Of a stretch of 64,000 nucleotides of DNA, positions 19,072 to 29,000 are shown in pieces. Position 1 is the first letter of the stretch. Each line of letters opens with the position of its first letter. The notes under the pieces were generated by a model that was given only the letters and a program-made list of their open reading frames with translations, ran no database searches and was not told where the DNA came from. Both the position numbers and the translations under genes were made by a program. Source of the DNA: a virus (lineage: Duplodnaviria > Caudoviricetes). Location of the stretch: IMG/VR virus record IMGVR_UViG_3300028832_000100; one strand, given 5' to 3'.

Positions 19072-21180
19072 TTATGAAGTAGCGGTACATCTGCAGTATA
19101 TCTCGTTCCCGTTCCCGACCGTTATAGGGTTTGTTTGGGTCTTTGCATCTGCGATTGTGGCATACCACACAGCGTTGTAAGTTCCGGAAGTATCCGTTGT
19201 TGGAAGTGCATCACCTACTGGATATGTTGCAAATCCTATTTTATATGCCATTGACGAAAACGGTGATCCGGTATAGTTTGCAAACGATTGAAAAGGTAAT
19301 AAATATGCACACCCGCTATCAACACCAGAAAAAGTATCTGGAAATACTACAATTGGGTTAGCCCAATTGAATCTCACTATTTGTAAGCCATAGCAGTATT
19401 CAAATTGTCTATTACCAGTAACTGTACCCATGCTGGTTACTGAACTTGGAATATTTATTGAATATAGATTTGTGCAGTTAGAAAAAGCTTGTGTTCCTAT
19501 AGAAGTTAGCCCGTCTGGAAGTTCTATGTTTGTCAACGAAATGCAGTTCGTGAAAGCACCTTGTCCGATAATCCGTAGTGATTGTGGTAGATGTATCGAA
19601 TGCAGTTTTAAGCAATCGTAAAAGGTATTTTGTTGAATAAAATCAATGCCTGTACCGAGCGTTACCTCCTCCAGTGAAGTATTTCCATAAAATGTGCTCG
19701 GAAGTATGGATGTTGTGTTGTTTGTAATTGACACACTTCTTATCTTTCTGCTATTTGTAAAAGCAGCCGGAAGAGATGTTACCCCACTCGGAACTTGTAT
19801 ATCTGCACTTATATTTGTTCCATTGAATGAACTCGACTCTATATTTGTGCATCCACTATTTATTGAGAAATTATCTACACCATCTAACGGGCAACCCTGC
19901 AGACATGAAGTACCAAAATTTGTGATATTATTTAATCCAACAATGTTGGAAAGTTGTGTGCAACCTGAAAACATACCGGTTGGCAAAACAGAGGTTAACG
20001 GCTTTAATACAGCATATATTAGAGATGTGCATGAACTGAAAGCGTTACTACCGTAAGTGGTGGATTGATAAGTAGACACATAGAATAAACAAGAACTTCT
20101 AAGTGATCTACAACCTGAGGCAATGCCTGTCGCTAATCCTTGTGCAGATACCCTTGACGAAAATGTTATATATTTTAGGTTTATACATCTACTGAAGCAG
20201 TAAGACGAGTACATATCGACCCAGTTATCTGTCCCAATGGAAACATATTTCACCCCGCTGTTATAAAAGCAATATTCCGCTATACGACCTGTTTGTCTCT
20301 TGCATACAAATGCTTTCAATGCATAACAATTATAAAAGGTATTTTTAGGAGTTGCTGTGCTGTCATACTGTGGACAAATAACCTCGCTTACACTTACTGC
20401 ATTGGCAAGTCCATAGTCACTATAGTAAATATATTGTCCGAAATAGACTTTTTTCAGAGATGATAAATAAACAGAGTTTGCATCCGTGTCTCCAGAATAC
20501 CTGGTGAACAGACCACATCTATGTCCACTACTAGATAAAGACACTGCACCGTTCAGAATCTTAACAGATATTATATAATCTCCAGTAGAGCTATATTCAT
20601 GTGTGTTTGAGAATGTAATGCTTGACCCCGTGCTATTCTCTATTACTACCTGTTGTGACCCGTCTCCCCAGTCCAAATATCCTTGCGTGTTCGGATATAC
20701 GTTTAGATAAATTGTCGGTGTTAATGCTTGACTCTCTGTAAGACTTATATAAAACCTACTTGCTCCATCATCGGTTGTGTATAATTGACCAACCACAACC
20801 ATAGCATCGGGGCAGTCAGTTAAATAATCTTTTATCTCTTGTAATGTCCAGTTCCAACCAAGAGCAGTCAAACCTGTATGAGACGGGTTGGCTGGCAATT
20901 CGGTCAGAGCAAGTGCTTGTGCTGTTGTGTATTGGTACAACTCTGTTCCTTCGTAGTCTATAAAAAGGCAACCAGAATCTTCTGACGAAACATATGCAAG
21001 AGAACCTGTTATTTTTTGTCCATTAACATAAGCGGTTTTTCCAGATAATATATCAGCAGAACTCGCGTTTGCATCACTTGTATCTACAAAATCGACATAT
21101 TGATCTGTATCGGTATCTATGGCTTCTATTTTTTGAACATCCGTATATTGAACGCCATCTATGGTTAGATTCTTGCTCAT
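19072..21180 (-). CDS. BspA-type leucine-rich-repeat adhesin / tail fibre
   Basis: DANASSADILSGKTAYVNG fibre motif, PKD-like segment (DWGDG), many IG-AF-C-L-I-IP repeats. Confidence 0.8.
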   Translation of the reverse strand: MSKNLTIDGVQYTDVQKIEAIDTDTDQYVDFVDTSDANASSADILSGKTAYVNGQKITGSLAYVSSEDSGCLFIDYEGTELYQYTTAQALALTELPANPSHTGLTALGWNWTLQEIKDYLTDCPDAMVVVGQLYTTDDGASRFYISLTESQALTPTIYLNVYPNTQGYLDWGDGSQQVVIENSTGSSITFSNTHEYSSTGDYIISVKILNGAVSLSSSGHRCGLFTRYSGDTDANSVYLSSLKKVYFGQYIYYSDYGLANAVSVSEVICPQYDSTATPKNTFYNCYALKAFVCKRQTGRIAEYCFYNSGVKYVSIGTDNWVDMYSSYCFSRCINLKYITFSSRVSAQGLATGIASGCRSLRSSCLFYVSTYQSTTYGSNAFSSCTSLIYAVLKPLTSVLPTGMFSGCTQLSNIVGLNNITNFGTSCLQGCPLDGVDNFSINSGCTNIESSSFNGTNISADIQVPSGVTSLPAAFTNSRKIRSVSITNNTTSILPSTFYGNTSLEEVTLGTGIDFIQQNTFYDCLKLHSIHLPQSLRIIGQGAFTNCISLTNIELPDGLTSIGTQAFSNCTNLYSINIPSSVTSMGTVTGNRQFEYCYGLQIVRFNWANPIVVFPDTFSGVDSGCAYLLPFQSFANYTGSPFSSMAYKIGFATYPVGDALPTTDTSGTYNAVWYATIADAKTQTNPITVGNGNEIYCRCTATS

Positions 21181-21334
21181 GCTTGGTTACCTCTTGATAG
21201 TCTAAGTACATTACCTGTTTGTGTTGTTTTTCTTCCTCTACCTTTATCGTTAAGTGTTATTGTGTGATTTTGAAATTTTATAACCAGCTTGCCAAGAGCT
21301 AATCTCACCATTAATAATGATCGTCTAAAAACAC

Positions 21335-21760
21335 TCATGTTCCTACTATTATTCCTATATTGTTGAGTATACTAAACTGATAAGTTTTGTTTATTTCAAT
21401 GGTTGGAAACTCATCGATCCATGTTATTCCATTTGGGAATGTGACTGTCGGAGCGGTTGAGCCGGATAAAAATTGACCCTTGTACTCACACTCACGACCC
21501 GAAATTGCATTGCCAAAAGTTATGGTAAGGCTTGTGATTGTCCCTGTAAAATTATAAAACACATTTGGAGACAATGCTTGTGAAACCACACCATTGTCGG
21601 AGATGGTAACTAACCTACTATTATCTGATTCGCTTGCCCAACTATCAATAATTTGTGCATTTGATGTTGGGTCACTGCTGTTCATTGCTTCTCTCCAATC
21701 TTGAAAGATTGTAGAAGAGCTATCTGTTAATTCTAGATTTAGATAGGAAGATTTAGGCAT
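21335..21760 (-). CDS. Tail fibre-associated protein
   Basis: C-terminal PTVTFPNGITW...PTIEINKTY fibre-type segment. Confidence 0.55.
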   Translation of the reverse strand: MPKSSYLNLELTDSSSTIFQDWREAMNSSDPTSNAQIIDSWASESDNSRLVTISDNGVVSQALSPNVFYNFTGTITSLTITFGNAISGRECEYKGQFLSGSTAPTVTFPNGITWIDEFPTIEINKTYQFSILNNIGIIVGT

Positions 21761-21781
21761 AGCCCTTAATTTCTCCTTTTA

Positions 21782-22213
21782 TCATGTAATTGAGAAATCC
21801 AGTGACCCTACTTTTAACACAACAACACTGTTTGCTGTCGGAGTAATTGATGTCTCAGCCCCACCGCTATTTAATATCCTACCAGATGCTAACAAAGTCC
21901 CACCCGTAGCTGCATCATATACCACGGCATAAGTGAGTATTCCCCATGAACCTGTAGCCGCGTTGAAGTGTATCTCTTTGTCATTTGTGATCTTTGATTC
22001 GGACGGGTTTCCCATCATTTGTGTAGCAGATTGACCCGCGATTCCTACCAAAACTCTTGCATACCCATTTCCGGAAGGTTCTGTTACGTTTCCCCCCGAC
22101 TTGTTTGGTTGAGTTGATGATAGACCCAAGTAACAGGTGGATCCGATTTGTGCACTACTTGTTTTTCCAAACATTGCGCTTAATATACGGTTTGCTGCAT
22201 AATCTGTGATCAT
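21782..22213 (-). CDS. Conserved phage tail/baseplate-associated protein
   Basis: YLGLS...EPSGNGYARV...F-AATGSWG...YDAATGG motif. Confidence 0.65.
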   Translation of the reverse strand: MITDYAANRILSAMFGKTSSAQIGSTCYLGLSSTQPNKSGGNVTEPSGNGYARVLVGIAGQSATQMMGNPSESKITNDKEIHFNAATGSWGILTYAVVYDAATGGTLLASGRILNSGGAETSITPTANSVVVLKVGSLDFSIT

Positions 22214-22216
22214 TTA

Positions 22217-23143
22217 TTATTCCTCCACTAATCTTAATTGTTGAAGTGTACTTTCATCCATATTATACAAGTAAAGAGAATCAAAATCTCCTAACTCGCT
22301 CAATCTATACATGGTTACTTTCCCAAGTCCTTGCAGTTGTTGATCTGTTGAATTTATTGATGTAAACAAGCCAGCAGCTTTCAAACAATTTGCATATGCA
22401 GAAATGGATTCAAACTGGTTTATGGATATCTTTAATATGTTACCCAATTCCACATAGACGCTATCACTGAAGTTCATACTAGACACCGATCTTGCAAGTA
22501 TAGCCTCTGTAATAATGACTTTGATAGCATCTTGAACATTACTAATGGCGTTCAGGTTCGGTATGTAACAAACTTCACACAGTTGGATATTAACATTTTC
22601 AGAAAAGTTTAGCGTATCTTTCACCGCTATATATGCGTTAGTATCTAACGATACTACGATGGATGATTTTAAGTTAAATTTAGAATCTATATTTATATTG
22701 GCAGGACTTATGACTTGAGGAGTTGCCGACCCGTTGAGAAAAAAGACATCATTTATAGCGTTGTTAATACCGTCCATATCTATCATAACAGCGGTTCCAT
22801 CTAAGAGATTTACCTCTTGTACCACTGCTATTTTTGCCTCCATGAGATCGGCAATCATATTCCCAATGGAATCTGACTCCCCTTGTATCTCAACCATTAA
22901 ACCACCGCAAGATTCTGGTGTTGTTGAAGCTATTAAATTTGAAAGTGCATCAATATTTATCACTTCACCTGTCATCGCATAAATGCTATCAATGACAGAT
23001 CCTAAATTTGATAGATCATTTATCCACATATAAACACGCTTATGTGTTGGTTTTTCCCATAGAAGGTCACTTCCTTCGTAGAGTTTGAATAACTCCATAC
23101 CGTCTTTATACATGGCAATAATTGTACTATAATCGTAACTCAT
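22217..23143 (-). CDS. Putative tail structural protein
   Basis: 308 aa beta-rich ORF coupled within the tail operon. Confidence 0.55.
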   Translation of the reverse strand: MSYDYSTIIAMYKDGMELFKLYEGSDLLWEKPTHKRVYMWINDLSNLGSVIDSIYAMTGEVINIDALSNLIASTTPESCGGLMVEIQGESDSIGNMIADLMEAKIAVVQEVNLLDGTAVMIDMDGINNAINDVFFLNGSATPQVISPANINIDSKFNLKSSIVVSLDTNAYIAVKDTLNFSENVNIQLCEVCYIPNLNAISNVQDAIKVIITEAILARSVSSMNFSDSVYVELGNILKISINQFESISAYANCLKAAGLFTSINSTDQQLQGLGKVTMYRLSELGDFDSLYLYNMDESTLQQLRLVEE

Positions 23144-23382
23144 GCTAATGGATCATATATATAGTAGAAATCAGAGCCGGGGTCTACCAATGCATCATAT
23201 TCTTCTTGTGTTACAAGATGTATTGGTATTCCACTCCCACTGGTCTGAATACTATCTATTTTATCAGCGTAGGAACGGAAGGTATCTTCTGTAGAAACGA
23301 GGACATTCTTGTGTATAATAGCTTGTCGAATATCCTCTTTTGTTTGTTCTAGATAGTCTAATTTCTGCTTAATTGTTGACAT
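23140..23382 (-). CDS. Small fibre-like protein
   Basis: KLDYLEQTKEDIRQAI...FRSYADKI and TQEEYDAL...YYI fibre motifs. Confidence 0.6.
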   Translation of the reverse strand: MSTIKQKLDYLEQTKEDIRQAIIHKNVLVSTEDTFRSYADKIDSIQTSGSGIPIHLVTQEEYDALVDPGSDFYYIYDPLA

Positions 23383-23388
23383 AACTTA

Positions 23389-23946
23389 TTAGATGTTAAT
23401 CTCTTTTACGTAAAGTGTTATAATTGTTGTGAGATCACTGCCATCGAATGGACCGTCGATTATATTACTTCTTTGCGCTGGATCAGATATTCTCAATGTG
23501 TCTTCTGCAACAGTATCATTATAAATAATGTCAAAATCTATTACATTGTCACCAGCATCAATAACAGAAGTTGGCAGTCTTACTGACCCGTATTCACCGC
23601 TTTGCCAAGACGATTGGAAAATACCATAGAAATATTGAATTGGACAATTGTAAAGTTGCATCTCTGCCCAAACAACATACATAGTGCTGTCTTTGAATGT
23701 GAATGACTCGTTATCTGTCCACTGCCACTCGCCAAGGCTTTCATTGTATCTGTACTGAGCGACCTGTATGAATTGATGTTGAATAATTCCTGATACTTCT
23801 AGTGCATTATTGTTGGAAACAGCAAGAAATGCCTTACATTTATCTGTACCATCTACTGGTACAAAGTAGATACTACCTTCCTCCAGGTTGTTTGAAGGAA
23901 GGCTATCTACCTTATGAAAAATTACTTTTGGATTATTGTTCGCCAT
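23389..23946 (-). CDS. Hypothetical tail-region protein
   Basis: Open frame; EGSIYFV fibre-type start. Confidence 0.55.
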   Translation of the reverse strand: MANNNPKVIFHKVDSLPSNNLEEGSIYFVPVDGTDKCKAFLAVSNNNALEVSGIIQHQFIQVAQYRYNESLGEWQWTDNESFTFKDSTMYVVWAEMQLYNCPIQYFYGIFQSSWQSGEYGSVRLPTSVIDAGDNVIDFDIIYNDTVAEDTLRISDPAQRSNIIDGPFDGSDLTTIITLYVKEINI

Positions 23947-24148
23947 TTTCTATTTCCTTTTCTGGATCAAAAATAGGCTCATCAGTTTCTTCATAGCTAT
24001 ATCTGCAAGGATAAATGTCAATCGGTTTGTCGTAAAGTGTGCCGGTTTCGACTTGAAGCAATTTTACACCTTTGTCAGAGTATTGCTGAATCAAATTCTC
24101 ATGCTCAACCCCTTTGTCATCTGTCCAAGGATAAATCGGTTTAATCAT
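23933..24148 (-). CDS. Small protein accompanying LRR fibres (possible assembly chaperone)
   Basis: YSDKG...QVETG-LY...YEETDEPI motif; directly downstream of an LRR gene. Confidence 0.55.
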   Translation of the reverse strand: MIKPIYPWTDDKGVEHENLIQQYSDKGVKLLQVETGTLYDKPIDIYPCRYSYEETDEPIFDPEKEIENGEQ

Positions 24149-24163
24149 AGTGTTTTATCTCCT

Positions 24164-25822
24164 TTATTGAATTGCTTGAATCCTGCTTGCAAGAGATGCC
24201 CAGTTCGTAGCTGCTTGATATGTTGCTACAGAATCTGCCGGAACGTAAATAGGGCAGTCATTTGTACTGTCAAAAGCATTGGCTTCAGCGAGAGTAGGAG
24301 GGGTCGTAGCCCTAATGGTTATCCCTGTAAGAGATGTACAATTCTTAAATGCTTGGCTTTTGATTTGGGAAATTCCGGTTCCGATGTCAATACTTGTAAG
24401 CTGTCCATTCTGAAGGAATGCAGCAGTGCCTATGCTTGTTACGGTATTCGGAATCTTCAACTCCACAGCAAGCCTTTGACAGACCGAAAAAGAATAATCT
24501 CCTATTGTTACAAGTCCTTCAGATAATGTTAAAGATGTCATGTACTGGCAGCTATAAAATGCGTATTGACCAATAGAAATTATGCTTGACGGAATAAATA
24601 GACTTGTTATCGAATTATTATTTGTAAAACTGGAATTTCCAATATACTTAACAGGATTACCATCTATGCTGCTCGGGATTGCTATGGCAGTATCAGTACA
24701 AGTTCCGATTCCTGTAATGGTTGCTTCATTGCTGGAAACAGTGTACGCCAAACCTTCCGACGGAATTGGGAAAATTCTGCTTGCTATTGCGCTCCAGTTA
24801 GTCGCGGTTTTATAAGCGTTTAATGATGCTGCAGGGACATAGATTGGGCAGTTATTATTGAGATCAAATGCATTGGCGTTGTCCAGTGCAGGCGGTGTCG
24901 TTGCATGAATTGTTACGGAAGATACCCTACTGTATCTAAAAGCATAATATGCTATTGATGTAACACCGGTTCCAATCTCTACGGTTCTTGCTGAAGTATT
25001 TACACCATTTGCAAATGCATGACCTTCGATAGTCGTTACGCTATTCGGAATCTTAACATTTATGATAGCAGTTCCTCTAAATGCGCTGCTGTTTATTGTT
25101 TGTACCCCTTCAGAAATGATTGCTTCAGAAAGATTACTACAACCATCAAAAGCACGTATATACACGTCAGAAATTGTTGATGGGATATAAACTCCTGTAA
25201 TGGCTGTATTATACTGAAGGCACTCATCTCGCATGCTTGTAACAGGATATCCATTATAAGTGCTTGGAATAACTATAAATGTATCGGTACATGTTCCAAT
25301 CCCCTGTAGTATGGCTTTGTTGCTTGTAACAGTAAAGGAGAGACCTTCTGATGGAATCGGTTGAATACGAGAAGCAAGAGATGACCAGTTTGTTGCCGTT
25401 TTATAAGCGTCAAGAGATTGAACTGGTACATAGATTGGACAATTATTGGTACTATCAAAAGCGTTTGCATTACCAAGTGTCGGAGGATTCGTCGCATGAA
25501 TCGTGATGCTCGTAAGCCCTATACAACCGGTGAACGCCAAATTCTCAATGCTCGTGACGCTGTTCGGTATCGTGACGCTTGTCAGCCCTGTACAACCATA
25601 GAACGCAGAACTTCCAATGCTCGTAACTCCTGTCAAATCTTCTGCTGTAACAGTTGTAATACTGCGGTCAACAAGCTGTTGCAATTTATTATACGTACCT
25701 GTAACTTTTCCGTCAGCAGTATATGCTGTTTTACCGAGAAGAATATCAGCAGCCGTTGCTGTTGCGTCAGATGTATCGACTCCTGCTTTTAATGGAAGTG
25801 TTTTAGTTTTTAGTAAAGTCAT
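24164..25822 (-). CDS. BspA-type LRR adhesin / tail fibre with three repeated LRR-cap modules
   Basis: DATATAADILLGKTAY motif; three copies of TI-AT-PP-L...NCPIYVP...ATNW...ASRI. Confidence 0.8.
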   Translation of the reverse strand: MTLLKTKTLPLKAGVDTSDATATAADILLGKTAYTADGKVTGTYNKLQQLVDRSITTVTAEDLTGVTSIGSSAFYGCTGLTSVTIPNSVTSIENLAFTGCIGLTSITIHATNPPTLGNANAFDSTNNCPIYVPVQSLDAYKTATNWSSLASRIQPIPSEGLSFTVTSNKAILQGIGTCTDTFIVIPSTYNGYPVTSMRDECLQYNTAITGVYIPSTISDVYIRAFDGCSNLSEAIISEGVQTINSSAFRGTAIINVKIPNSVTTIEGHAFANGVNTSARTVEIGTGVTSIAYYAFRYSRVSSVTIHATTPPALDNANAFDLNNNCPIYVPAASLNAYKTATNWSAIASRIFPIPSEGLAYTVSSNEATITGIGTCTDTAIAIPSSIDGNPVKYIGNSSFTNNNSITSLFIPSSIISIGQYAFYSCQYMTSLTLSEGLVTIGDYSFSVCQRLAVELKIPNTVTSIGTAAFLQNGQLTSIDIGTGISQIKSQAFKNCTSLTGITIRATTPPTLAEANAFDSTNDCPIYVPADSVATYQAATNWASLASRIQAIQ

Positions 25823-25839
25823 GTAAAATCACCTCACCA

Positions 25840-26136
25840 TTAATACTCAATAGCTTCTACTTCTACCTCACCGGTTCCTTTTACATAAATAGTATCTACG
25901 AAATAAATACCATTCAGTGTATAGCCCGCATTAATGAAGCATATTTCTCCCATGTCTGGAAGAATTTTAATAGACTCATTTTCTTCATCATTGTCTTCAA
26001 AAGAAACATATATTTCAGCTTCTGAGAAATTTTTTACGAAGAATGACTTTGATCTTACATCAAATGTAAATGGTTCCCAGTTTCCTGTTAGTGTTTTTCT
26101 TATTACTTTTTGTTTTATAGTAGGTTGTGTTGACAT
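25840..26136 (-). CDS. Hypothetical virion protein
   Basis: Open frame with RBS. Confidence 0.55.
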   Translation of the reverse strand: MSTQPTIKQKVIRKTLTGNWEPFTFDVRSKSFFVKNFSEAEIYVSFEDNDEENESIKILPDMGEICFINAGYTLNGIYFVDTIYVKGTGEVEVEAIEY

Positions 26137-26158
26137 TTGTTGTTATGTTTCCTTTCCT

Positions 26159-27412
26159 TTAATATGTAAACAGCATTCTTGCTCTCAATGGTTTTGCAGC
26201 AATATCGTTGTAGCGTTGAATTGTATGAGTTCCGAGACTACTATTATAGACTACATCAAGGAAGAAAGAGTGGAAAGTGTCAGTGGTTTCTTGGAATGTA
26301 ACTATCTCTGAACGTGTATCACCCGCATACTCAAATTCAACAAGGCATATCCCCCCGACATTTGTAAAGGTGATTGTGCGGTCATTATCACTACTACTGC
26401 CATCAACGTGGACTGAATCTACCCAAAAATAGTCTGTGAAGTATGACGGAGAATGAATACTGCCGTCTCTGTGAACCCAGAACGGGTACGAGGTGGATTG
26501 GGAAGCTTTACTTTGATTTATCAGCACCAGTTCTGGATAATTTATTCCATCACTTGAGCCACCAAGAGACCACTCATATACTGTTCCACTGTTTGGGTTA
26601 TCGGGTGTGTCGTCGTAAATTACTGTAAAATCAGAAGCATAAATGCTACCGGTTGAAGATACCTTTTCTGCATCTATATTTAATGTTTTTGATTCGGGTC
26701 CGGATGATACTGGACACCCTATTTTAGGGGTGGTGTTACCGAAAGTGATTTCACCGTTTTTTATTGTTATGTTCTGCCCCTGACCGACTACCCCGGGAAT
26801 ATATATTGTGGATCCGTTTGCACCGGTCAGACTTGTAAAGTAGATATTTGGATAATTTGTAGAACCTGAAGTATTACTACCGATTTGTCTAACCTTTAGA
26901 ATACCGTTAGTAGAATCAGTTGCTGTAATATTTCCAGCGGTATCAATGTTTCCAGTGGTAGTAATGTTTCCAACGGTATCAATGTTTCCATTGTAGCCAT
27001 TTAGCGAGATAGTGGGGGATTCTACCTCTGTATCTGTTCCCTCGTACAGTTTTATGCTACCCTGGTCCACTACTTGAATTGTGTCTGTATATCCAAAATC
27101 TTGATTACCCAAAAATGTAGCAGTTTTTGAAAAAGTGGAAAATCCTTGTATTGCAGCATTCCCTTTTAGGTAGGAATCTCCATAAACATGAAGTTTATCA
27201 AGACTTTCACCAATGTTGAAATATTGGTCTGAATCGGCTTTGAAGTAAAATCTTCCCTCATTAGGACTAACCGATGTATTTGTTACAAATATAATACTGC
27301 CTATATCTGCTTTATTTCCGTCTGTGATTGAAGGTGGAGTGGATGATGTGTTAAGCGAACCAGTACGGAATTTTATCTGCGTATTGTCATATACATTTGG
27401 CATACTGTGCAC
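26159..27412 (-). CDS. Tail fibre/spike-like protein
   Basis: GNIDTVGNITTTGNIDTAGNITA repeats, Thr/Ser/Gly-rich. Confidence 0.6.
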   Translation of the reverse strand: MHSMPNVYDNTQIKFRTGSLNTSSTPPSITDGNKADIGSIIFVTNTSVSPNEGRFYFKADSDQYFNIGESLDKLHVYGDSYLKGNAAIQGFSTFSKTATFLGNQDFGYTDTIQVVDQGSIKLYEGTDTEVESPTISLNGYNGNIDTVGNITTTGNIDTAGNITATDSTNGILKVRQIGSNTSGSTNYPNIYFTSLTGANGSTIYIPGVVGQGQNITIKNGEITFGNTTPKIGCPVSSGPESKTLNIDAEKVSSTGSIYASDFTVIYDDTPDNPNSGTVYEWSLGGSSDGINYPELVLINQSKASQSTSYPFWVHRDGSIHSPSYFTDYFWVDSVHVDGSSSDNDRTITFTNVGGICLVEFEYAGDTRSEIVTFQETTDTFHSFFLDVVYNSSLGTHTIQRYNDIAAKPLRARMLFTY

Positions 27413-27418
27413 CTCCTA

Positions 27419-27580
27419 TTAAGACCATGTTCCCCAATAAGGAAATATGTTTTCTTCTTTTACATTAACTGAAATAGTACATTTTTTGTTATCCACTGTA
27501 ACTGATGCTGTGTCTGTATCCTTACCCTCGTAGTAGACTTTTTCTATCTCGTTATTCAGTTTTCCATATAAGTAATCCAT
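27419..27580 (-). CDS. 53-aa hypothetical protein (not in ORF track)
   Basis: MDYLYGKLNNEIEK...PYWGTWS*; GAGGA RBS; fills the gap between neighbours. Confidence 0.55.
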   Translation of the reverse strand: MDYLYGKLNNEIEKVYYEGKDTDTASVTVDNKKCTISVNVKEENIFPYWGTWS

Positions 27581-27584
27581 TTGT

Positions 27585-27956
27585 TTAGTCCTCTATGTAA
27601 AACTTTCTTTTTGGAATGATTGTGTCAATTATCTCTTCTCCACTATCATTCAGTCTTCTTAATTTAACTATATAATAATAGAGACCGTTTTCAAGGTGCT
27701 CAGTATCTTTAGTGTTAAAAGTAACTACCAAGTCCCCATGCTCGTTGATCTCTCTGTTATCTTTGTCATAAACCTTCCTTACAATCGCTGTTTCAAAAGG
27801 TTGACCAGGTTCACATATCCCAAGATACACGATATCATCGTCTTGTAAAGTATATCTTACGGGCGATATTTCTGTGCCTGCATTGATGAATAGAGGGATA
27901 GAAATATTGTCACCCCTTGATAGAGTTACTATCCCATCTTTTGAAATACTAAACAT
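27585..27956 (-). CDS. BppU-like Ig-fold structural protein
   Basis: LSRGD...DTEHL-G-YYY-VKL pattern. Confidence 0.55.
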   Translation of the reverse strand: MFSISKDGIVTLSRGDNISIPLFINAGTEISPVRYTLQDDDIVYLGICEPGQPFETAIVRKVYDKDNREINEHGDLVVTFNTKDTEHLENGLYYYIVKLRRLNDSGEEIIDTIIPKRKFYIED

Positions 27957-27972
27957 TTCTATCCCCTCTCTG

Positions 27973-28479
27973 TTAATAACTAGTACGAATAAGAAATTTA
28001 TAATCTCCTACGGACAAACCACTTACCGAGTAGCAAAAATATGATTCTTCATCATATGAAAGAAGTCCTTGCTCTGTAATGCTTACTGGAATATTTCCTT
28101 CCAGATAAACCACACTGGCAATCGGTTTCCGGATGCAAATCCACAGTGTTTTTTCAGAATCATCGTTGGATACCTGTGCAAGTGCCTCTCGTCCAGCAAA
28201 CCCTATCTGACTTAATGACAAGAACTCATTGTAATCATGCTCTGTAAGACCTGATATGTCCGAAGCGAATGAGAATCCTACTCGAAGTACCTCATATTCC
28301 TGTGATAACTCTACCCATTGACCTTTCGATCTACCAAAAACAGCATTTGGAATATCAACATCTTTTACATAATCTTTGAATAGGGAAGGAGATACTTCCG
28401 GTGTTACTGTTAGACTTGTTTTTACTTCTGAAAAATTAAACATTTCTTTCTCCTTCCTTATTTCACCAAGACAACACAT
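27973..28479 (-). CDS. Hypothetical virion-region protein
   Basis: Open frame; likely start at MFNFSE. Confidence 0.55.
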   Translation of the reverse strand: MCCLGEIRKEKEMFNFSEVKTSLTVTPEVSPSLFKDYVKDVDIPNAVFGRSKGQWVELSQEYEVLRVGFSFASDISGLTEHDYNEFLSLSQIGFAGREALAQVSNDDSEKTLWICIRKPIASVVYLEGNIPVSITEQGLLSYDEESYFCYSVSGLSVGDYKFLIRTSY

Positions 28480-29000
28480 TCGTCTGGCTTAAAGATTGTT
28501 TGTTTGATCGTTATTTCTTTCTTACTGTTAGAATCATTTTCATCATAAAGAGGATTGTCAAGTGTTCCTACAATAGAAAGGTCAATAAAGTATCTTCCTT
28601 TTGCCATTGCTTTTGAAAGGTCATCATAAATGAAGATTGCAACATTTACTGTTCCATCTTCATTGCAATGATAAACAGGATTGGCAGTATAGATACATTC
28701 ATATCTGAAATTGTAGATATGGAAATGTAATTCTTGCTTGCCATTACTCATATATGTTGCGATTGATTCTCTATAAGCAGAACTGTCATAAGTAACATCT
28801 CCGCTCAAAGTAAAATTCAGTACAACATTATCACCATACATCCAAGAATAACCAATCAACTCACCCTTTGCATTATACTCTTCAAGAGGTTTTACAGGCG
28901 GATAAGTGCCAAGTTGAGGTGGCTTCTTATTGATATTATTTGGAATGTAAGTGCTTGGAGTTGCATTAAAATTTGTAAACATATCCATTATATTATACAA
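28458..29000 (-). CDS. Hypothetical virion-region protein
   Basis: Open frame coupled to neighbours. Confidence 0.55.
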   Translation of the reverse strand: MYNIMDMFTNFNATPSTYIPNNINKKPPQLGTYPPVKPLEEYNAKGELIGYSWMYGDNVVLNFTLSGDVTYDSSAYRESIATYMSNGKQELHFHIYNFRYECIYTANPVYHCNEDGTVNVAIFIYDDLSKAMAKGRYFIDLSIVGTLDNPLYDENDSNSKKEITIKQTIFKPDECVVLVK